Source: Pirellulales bacterium (GTDB lineage Bacteria; Planctomycetota; Planctomycetia; Pirellulales; JAICIG01). From it: 64,000 nucleotides of DNA. The translations under genes and the position numbers were made by a program. The first letter of the stretch is position 1; every line of letters begins with the position of its first letter. The stretch spans positions 13,183-77,182 of the forward strand of contig DATKRK010000416.1 in NCBI GenBank assembly GCA_035532215.1, given 5' to 3'. Positions 11,401 to 20,400 of the stretch are shown here, in pieces. Under the pieces are notes generated by a model, which was not told the DNA's origin, searched no databases, and worked only from the letters and a program-made list of their open reading frames with translations.

Positions 11401-14400
11401 GCTGTTGAGCGGCTTGATTCCGGGCGGCACGAACCTGGCTCAGCCGATGCAGAGCACCACGTTCCAGAGCAACGTGTATCCCGCGTCCAACGTGCACGAT
11501 TTCGGCTCGATCAATCCGCGCGATCCGGGCATGCGGGTCGTTCTGCCCGGCGGGCCGCTGCAGCAGGGTCAGTCGAATCCGACGTATTACGTGCGGGTTT
11601 ACAGCCGCGGCCCGAACTCGAATCCCTACGTCAATTCGCCGGCGCCCGGCCAATCGGCGCCTGCCGAGAGCAACGGGCTCACGAGCGGCGCCTACGACCT
11701 GCAAGTCCGTTTGCAAGAGACGACGCAGGTCGCCGGCTCGGTCGTGCGGTTTGCTTCGATCAACTACGCCAAAGACGGCATCACCGTGCTCGGCCAGCCG
11801 GATCACTCGCCGTTGGCCGGGCAATCCGTTTCGAGCGGCTCCAATAACGTGACGATTACGGTGCCGCCCTCGCCGTTCGGCTCGACCGACCCGACCTACT
11901 TCCCCGGTCAAGCCAACGGTCCGGCTGCCGCGCAGAACCTGGGCGACCTGCTCACGACCGACACCAGTTCGCTGAGCGTCGGCGGAAATCTGACCGATCC
12001 CGGCCAGGTCGATTGGTACTCGTTCACGCTGAACTACGACTTGATGCAGGCGATCCAGCACGTCAACGGCGCCGACAAGACGTTCTCTACGATTTTCGAC
12101 ATTGGCTATGCCGACGGGTTGACGCGGCCCGATACGACGCTTTCGGTGTTCAACCAATACGGTCAATTGATCCTCAGCGGCCGCGATTCGAACATTTCCG
12201 ACCAGCAGCCGCAGCCGGGAGCGGGCGCCGACACGTCGAACCTCAGCCACGGCTCGTTCGGCACGCTCGATTCGTACATCGGCTCGGCGCAGTTGCCGAC
12301 CGGCTACGCGAATGGAACCACGCCCGGCTCGCTCGCCGGGCAGAATCCCGTTGGGTTGAACAGCTACACCTACTACGTCGCGGTCAGTTCCAATGCGACC
12401 TTGCCGACGGCGATGGACGCGACGTTCAACGCCAACAGCGCCAATCCGCTGGTGCGTCTGGAACCGCTCGAAGGTTTCAAGCGAATTGTCGAAGATCACA
12501 TCGGCTTTACCGGCTACACCAGCGGCAACGCGCTGTTCAACAGCGGCAACCTCACCTCGGGCAACCAGTCTTCGGGCAACACGATGGCCCCCCAAGACGG
12601 CGCGCTGCTGCCGATTCAGACCGTGGCCGATTTGCAGCAGCACGTCGTGCCGTACACGCTCGACAACGTCGTCGGCTACGCGGTCACCGACAATCATCTT
12701 TACACGATCAATCCCGCCACCGGTCAGCAGGAAACGGACGTCTCAGCCTTGGCGACCGACCAGCCGCCCAACGGAGTCTGGAAAGACATCTCGATCCGCA
12801 ACGACGGCAAGATGTTCGGCTATCGCACCGCGTACGATACCACCGGCAACTCGGGTTATTTCTACCAAATCGATCCAGGCACCGGAGCGCAGACGCTGCT
12901 CGGCGGCGACGGCGCCGCGGGCAAATGGGGCTTGAGCAAGGAAGTCGACTCCATGGTCTGGACGGGAGACGGCTTCAACAACTCGTACAAATTATTTTTT
13001 TCGATCAGGGCGGCTAACGGAATTTCGGCGCTGGTGCGGGCCAATCCGGACACGGGCGACACGACCCAGACGCCGCCATACGGGTTGTACGGCTACATGG
13101 AGACGGGGCTGCAAAACGGCATCAAGATCGAATCGCTGGCTGCGCAGGACGCCAACAAAAACCCCCAGATCTTCGAAGGCCAATCGTTCCAGCTCACCGA
13201 TCTGGCCGGGCGCACGATTACCTTCGTGTTTCACAACACGGCCAACCCGCCGCTGCCGCCGCCGCCGGCCGGCGCCGCGTATATCGACTTCGCCAGCGGC
13301 GACAGCGCGGACACGGTTGGCATGGAAATCGACTCTGCGATCAATCAGGCTTTCTTTGCGTTAGGCGCCCCGGTCAATCCCCCGGCAAACTACAAGCCGT
13401 TGACGGCCAACTATTCGTTTGCCGGCACGGCCAAACCGATCCAGCCGGGAGAGGTCGACGTCAACAACGTGGCCTCGGAAGACTTTTCGAACGCCTCGCA
13501 ATTCAACGTCACTTCGACCGGCGTCGGCGGTTACATCACCGGCATGGCTTTGGATCCCACCACCGGCGAAATCTATTGCGTGAGTTCCAACGGCGGCGTC
13601 TACGTGATGGATGGCCCCAATCCGGGCAGCATGCGGTACTTGGGTGCTTCGCAAGTTTTCACCAAAGCCGGCTATTCGTTCACCGGTTTGAACGTCGGTC
13701 CCCAAGACTTGGATTGGAATGGCGACGGCACGCCGGGCGACCTGCGCCATGTGTTGATCGCCAGCGCCGACGTCGCCGGCGGCGGCAGCGTCTTGACGGC
13801 CATCTCGATGGACGATCTGGCGGCGGGCAATATCTTCAATTCGCAGCCTATCCAGGCCGGCGCGCCGGTGGCCATCTTCGACGTGCCGGGCGTCGACCAG
13901 AACGGCTTGAGCGGACCGACGGGCTCGTACACCGACAATACGCCGCTGGCCGAGACGGGCGCGACCGGGATCGCCCTGTCGCCGCTGGACTTCAATCTCT
14001 GGCACCCGACCTTCACGCGTTGGGCCGATCCGGGCCACGGCATCCCCAACACCTATTCCAACAGCCGCGTCGGCGGCTTCCCCACTTCGGTCACCAGCGG
14101 CGACGTCAACTTCAGCACGAACGGATCGGCGGGCGGCGAAGTGGCCGGCGGCGTAAGCTTCTACTTCGGCATGGACAACTACATGCCGGAGCCCGCGAAC
14201 TATTTCGGCTACAACGGCATCGACGCCCAGTACGGCGTGCTCGACACGAATACGCAGAAGAATCTGACCTATCAAACGAATTCGGCCGCAAGTCCGGTGA
14301 TCCGCCAGACGTACAATCTGCCGGGCGGCGCCGACGGCATCCTGGAAACGAACGGATTCAGCCTGGCGGGCTACTCGTCGGCCGACAAGCCGACGTTGTA

Positions 14401-17400
14401 CTTCAACTATTACCTCGACACGAACAACAACAATACCAAGGGCGTGACGCCGGGATTTAACGACTTCACCCAGGCAGCGCGGGTCTACGCTTCGGCCGAC
14501 GGCGGCAAGACCTGGCAGTTGATGGCCACGAACGACGCGACACGGACGTACTACGACACCAACACGAACATCACGGGTCAATTGGGCGAATTGCCGCAGT
14601 TCGCCACCGCTTCGGCCGACGTGCCGGCCACCACGCTCAACGGCCAGCCGGTCGTCGATCCGCGGCAGCAGACGCAGCAACTGTTCAACAGCACGGGCAC
14701 GTGGCGGCAGGCCCGCATCGACTTGGGCAATTTCGCCGGTCAACAGAACATCTTGCTGCGGTTCGATTTCCACACCTCGGGCAGTTCCGACATCTACTCG
14801 TCGTACAATCCCCAGTTCGTGCAGGGCGATCAATACGGCAATCCGACCAAACCGACCCGCGCGCAGAACCTGCAGCACGAAGGGTTTTACATCGACGACA
14901 TCATCGTGGGTCTGGCCGAGCGCGGCGAGCAAGTGACCAACAGTCCGGCGGGTCAGACGCAATTCTTCACTACGCCGCAGAACCCCAATTTCGGCGCTCC
15001 GACCGAAACGCTGACGGGCCAGTACCAATTGCAGATTCGCCCGGGCCAGGCGACGGGCCAGACGATCAATCCCAACAACAGCGCGATCGAGCTCAATCCC
15101 AATCAGTTCGACGTGAACGATCGTCTGACCTCGGGATACACGTTGGTTGCCCCCGAAGGACACTTCAACCAGTCGATTACCAAGACGTTGCCGTCCTTCA
15201 ATCTCGCCACGCAAGCCTACTCCGTGCCGACCCAGACGTACACCTTCCAAAACTTGCCGACGCCGACGGGCGGCGGCACGCTCACGATCAGCGGCGTCGG
15301 CGACCTGGAAGGCATTCTGGAATATCTCAAGCTCGACGGCATCGGCGACGTTTCGGTCACGCAAAACGTGTTCTTCAGCCAGGCGCAGGCCGACAAGGCC
15401 CAGCAGGGGCAATTCATCACCAGCACGCAGATTCACCTGTCGCAGGCGCAACTGCTCAAGCTGCTCGCCGCGGGCGGCGGCAACTCGATTCAGTTCAACT
15501 TGACCCCGCAAACTCCGATCGACGGCGCCAACACCAACAATCTCGACCTCAACAACACGAATCCGGCTACCCAAGTCAACAGCCTGCTGCAGTTGAACGT
15601 GACGCTCGACTACGCGTCGGCGCCTTACGACGGGCAGACGTTCACCATCAGCGACGGCGTGAACCAGGCGGTGTTCGAACTCGACGACAACAATTCGCTG
15701 GTCAATCCCAGCGACATCCGCGTCGCTTTCGATCCCACGTTCACGGCCGCTCAATTGGCCCAAGCGATGGCGGCGGCGATCAATCAGCAGACGCTGCTCA
15801 AGGTCACGGCCAGCACTGCGGACGCTGCGGGCAACAACGCCGCGTCCAACACCAACGATACCAACGACCGCGTGAACCTGTTCGGCGCGGCGTGGGTGCA
15901 GGTCGGCATGCCGCAGGTCACGGTCAGCGGGGCCGGGGCCGCGTCGCCGCCGCCCAATACGATCGGCAACGCGTTCAAGACGACGCTCGACTCGGCCGCT
16001 TCCAGCGGAAACCGCGCGTTCAACGGCTACGGCGAGTTGGGCAACGCCGCCGGCACGTCGGGCATCAGCAATCCAAGAGACGTGAACCTGTACCAGGTTC
16101 ACTTGAACGCTGGCGACGCTTTGACCGTGCAGCTCAACTCGGGCAGCATTTTGTCGTCGCTGCAGCCCTACTTGCGAATTTTCGACGCGGCCGGCAACGA
16201 GGTGGGAAATTCGAGCACGCTCACGCAATTGCCCACGTTGCCCGACGGCAGCGGCTTTCCGCCGAACGCCTTCGTGGCTCCCGATCCGTACTACACGTTC
16301 ACGGCGCAGAGCACAGGCGACTATTACATCGGGGTCAGCGGGGCGGGCAACCTGCTCTACGATCCGACGAAGCCGCCTGCGGCCTGGACCGCCACGACGC
16401 CGAATCCGGCGGGCAGCACGGGCTACTACCAGATTCACATCAGCGTCGGGTCCATCAACGTCCGCGGCGTCGTGCCGCCGGCCACGCCCTCGTTCTCGTT
16501 CTTCCCGCCCAATTACGAACCGGGCCAGCCGGTCAACGAGGGCACGCTGTCGTACCAAGGCCAGTTGCAATTGCCGACGAGCACCGGCAACCCGTACACT
16601 GGCGACCCGAACATCGGCGACGACGGCACGATCCGCGTGCTCAAGTACGATTACACCGGCGACGCGCAGGTGGTCGCGCCGCAAGGCTCGTTGATTCTGG
16701 AAAGCAACCAAATCACCAATTCGAGCGACGTCGGCATCCTGGTCAGCTCCGCGCCGCGCGAAGGGCTCCTCGGGCAGCCGAACCCGAATCTGCCGCACCA
16801 AGGCGGCGTGGTCAATACGCCGGTGCTGAACAGCGCGCGGCTCGTGCCGGGCGTGGTCGTCGAGAACAATCTCGTCACCAACTTCGGCAACGCGGGCATC
16901 CAGTTCAGCGGCGACACCAACCCGGCCGGCGCCCCGCTGGCGGCAGTTCCCTTCGGGCGACTCATCAACAACACGGTCTACGGCGGCTTGCAGGCCACCG
17001 GGAAGGTCGGCATTTTGGTGTCCAACAACGCCAGCCCGACCGTCGTCAATAACATCGTGGCGAACACGCAGTTGGGCATTTCCGTCGACGCTTCGTCGCA
17101 GGCTCTGCCGAGCCCGCCCGTGCTGGGCGCCAATCTGTTTAGCGGCAACGCCAAAAACACCAACCTGGGCAATCCGGCACAGTACCCCAACGGCGATCCG
17201 GGCAGCAACGGCATCGTGCTGACCGCCGGCCAGCCGCTGTTCACCAATCCGGCCTTGGGCAACTTCTATCTGAAGGAGTATTCGCCCGCCATCGACAGCT
17301 CGCTCAACTCTTTGGTCGATCGGCCGCAGATGACCGCGGTGACGGGTCCGCTGGGCATTTCGCCTTCGCCGATCCTGGCCCCGGACACGGACATGAACGG

Positions 17401-20400
17401 TCAATTGCGCGTGGACGATCCGTTCGTGGCCTCGCCGCCAGGGCTCGGCTCGAACGTGTTCAAGGACCGTGGCGCGATCGAACGCGCCGACTTGACCGGA
17501 CCGCAAGCCAGTTTGCTGAGCCCGGTCGACAACAACATCCAAGATCAAGATCCGCGAGTCAACATCGTCCACCCGGTCGGCGAGTTGCTCTCTGAATTCC
17601 AAATTCAATTGAACGATGGCGTCGGTTCGGGCATCGACAATTCGACCGTGACGCCGGACCGCGTCACGGTGCGGCGCAACGGCGTGCTGCTCACGCAGGG
17701 GGTCGACTACTCGTTCGTCTACGACAATAACAACCACATCATCCGCTTGATTGCAGCCTCGGGGGTGTGGCAAAACGGCTACGTCTACGACATCGCCCTC
17801 GACAACGGCGTCCATTTCGACCCGCAGGCCGCCGATACCAGCGGCACGCCGCTGGGCATCAAGGACCTGGCCGGCAATTTCCTGCAAGCCGACTTTCCCA
17901 ACGGCTTCACGACCTTCCAACTGATTCTCGACAGCGTGCAGAACGATCCGCCGGCGGTCACCTTGCCGCTGACCGCTCAAACGGTCGCCGAGAATTCGCC
18001 GGGCAGTCCCTACAGCCCGGCGGCGCCCAGTTCCTTGGCCTTCGATACCGCCAACCAGAATACGATTACGGTTTACGATGTCGACGCCAACGGCGGCGTC
18101 GAGCAAATCACCGTCTCGACGGCCCAAGGCACGCTGGCCATCGGCGGCTCGCTGCCGGGCATCAATATCTTGAACTCGAGCAACGGGACAAGCACGTTGC
18201 AATTCCAGGGCACGGTCGACGCACTGAATGCTGCGCTCGATACGCTGGTTTACACGCCCGCGCCGTACTTCAACGGCCAGGCGACGATCCAGATCGTGGC
18301 CAACGACCTGGGCAATTCTCCGCCGCCGGCGAAGTTGACGACCGTGTTCATTCCGGTAACCGTGACGCCCGTCAACAACGCGCCGGTCATCACCATGCCG
18401 GCTACGCAGTCGGTCACCGAGGACAACCCGTTGGTCTTCTCGAGCTCGGGCGGAAATCCGATCTCGGTCTTCGATGTGGACGTGCAAGGCGCCGATACGA
18501 GCAATCCGAGCTATCTCTACACGGAAGAAGTCCGGCTCGACAACTTGCCGGCGATCGCGGGCAACAACAATCTGCCGCAGATCGTGTTAGGAACCACGTC
18601 GGGCATCACCTTCCTGGCGCCGCCCGCCGGCGGGGCCGTGACCGCCAACGGATCGACCGATATTTGGTTCCGCGGCACGCTCTCGGCGATCAACACCGCG
18701 CTCAACGGGCTGAAATTCATTCCGCCGGCCGAAGACTCGACGGCCGAGCCGGGCCTGTATCCCAATCCTTTCTCGTTGACGCTTGTCACGAACGACAACG
18801 GCAACATCGGCGCCGGGGTTCCGCAAATCGTGACGCAGAGCGTTTCGATCACGGTCAACCCGGTGATCGATGCGCCGACCCTCGACAACAGCCAGACGAT
18901 GACGCTCTCGCCGCTGACCGAGAGTTTGACGTCGCCGACTCCCGCCCAGGTTTCGGCGGCCATCTCCGCGGCGGGAGGAAGCAACACCGTGGCCTCGGTG
19001 CTCGCCACCGGCGCCGACGGCGGCTCGCCGATCACGATCAACACGCTCACTTCCGGCGGACAACTCGGGATCGCGATCACCGATGCGACCGAAACCGATC
19101 CGACTCGGGGGACGTGGTATTACTCGGTCGACGCGGGCGCGACTTGGAAGTCGTTCGGCACGGCGGCCACCGACTTCGGCGCGGCGTCGATGAGCCATGC
19201 CCTGTTGTTACGCGCGACGGATCTCGTCGAGTACGTGCCGGCGGCGAATTTCAATACCAACGGCACGCTCGATCCGCTTCCCACGCTGACGTTCACGGCC
19301 TGGGATCAGACCACCGCCGTGGAACCGGCCCAATTGCAGATTCTGCCTTTGGCGCCGGGCTCGGCCGCCAATCTGACTCAAATCGGCCAAGGCGCCAGCA
19401 CGCCGTTCAGCGTCGCCAGCGGCACGGCCACGCTGTCGATCAGCGCGGTCGACAGTCCGCCGCACATCAGCCTGCCGTCGGGCGCCTTCATCACCAACGA
19501 AGACGTGGCGATTTCGTTCAGCGGGGCGAACGCCCCCGTCGTATCGGATCCGGATATCAACGAAGGAAATCTGGCCAACGTCGGCCAGGTCAGCCTCACG
19601 GTTTCAGTCAATCCGGCGCAGGGTACGTTGTCGCTCGGCCCCTCCGTTCCCGGCACGGTGCAAATCATCAACGGCGGGAACGGCCAAAGCAGCATCGCCA
19701 TTCAAGGGCTGATGGCCGACGTCAACACGGCGATCAACGGTTTGAAGTTCACGCCGGCGCTCTATTTCGCCAGCCAGGCCACGGTCAATTTGGTCGTCAA
19801 CGACTTGGGGAACTTCGGCGTCTTGCCGCCGGGCTATCCCAGCGCCAACGGCGGCTTGATCGATACGGAAACGTTGACCATCGACGTGACGCCGGTCCAT
19901 TTCGCTCCGGTGCTCGACAGCAACAACGGCGCCCCGACCTTCGCCTCGGTCGTGCAAAACACGCCGCCGGCGAACAACACCGGCAGTACCGTGGGCGCGA
20001 TGTTGCTGACGGGCGGCTCGATCGTGTCCGACGTCGATCCGGCGGGTTCCTTCCTGGCGATCGACGCCGACGCGGGGGCCAAGCAGGGGATCGCCGTGAC
20101 CGGACTGACGACTGCCAGCGGCGGCATTTGGTACTATTCCACCAACGGCGGCGCCAGCTTCAGTCTGGTTGGCGCGGTTTCGCCGTCGAACGCCTTGTTG
20201 CTGCGTTCCACCGATCTGGTTCGCTTCCTGCCCAACCAGAACTTCACCGGCAACGTGACCATGACCTTCCAGGCCTGGGACCAAACGGATCAGGCGGCGG
20301 CAGGCAGTCGAGTGAATTTGACGACGGCCGGCGCGACGGGCGGCAAGACCGCTTACAGCACCGCCAGCGCCACCGCGACGCTCAGCGTCACGCCGATTCC

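Noticed and set aside
13361-18487. Very long antisense or alternative-frame ORFs inside the giant genes, e.g. 13361-18487 (1,708 aa), 37599-40928, 32316-35588, 23199-26300, 19604-22615, 9713-12697 on the minus strand, and 14701-17052 and 17767-20661 on the plus strand.
   Set aside because: Their translations are Arg/Ala/Gly/Asp/Val-rich low-complexity strings with no recognisable motifs. They mirror the sense ORFs exactly. Stop-poor shadow ORFs of this kind are expected in GC-rich coding DNA. The sense frames carry clear domain signatures.
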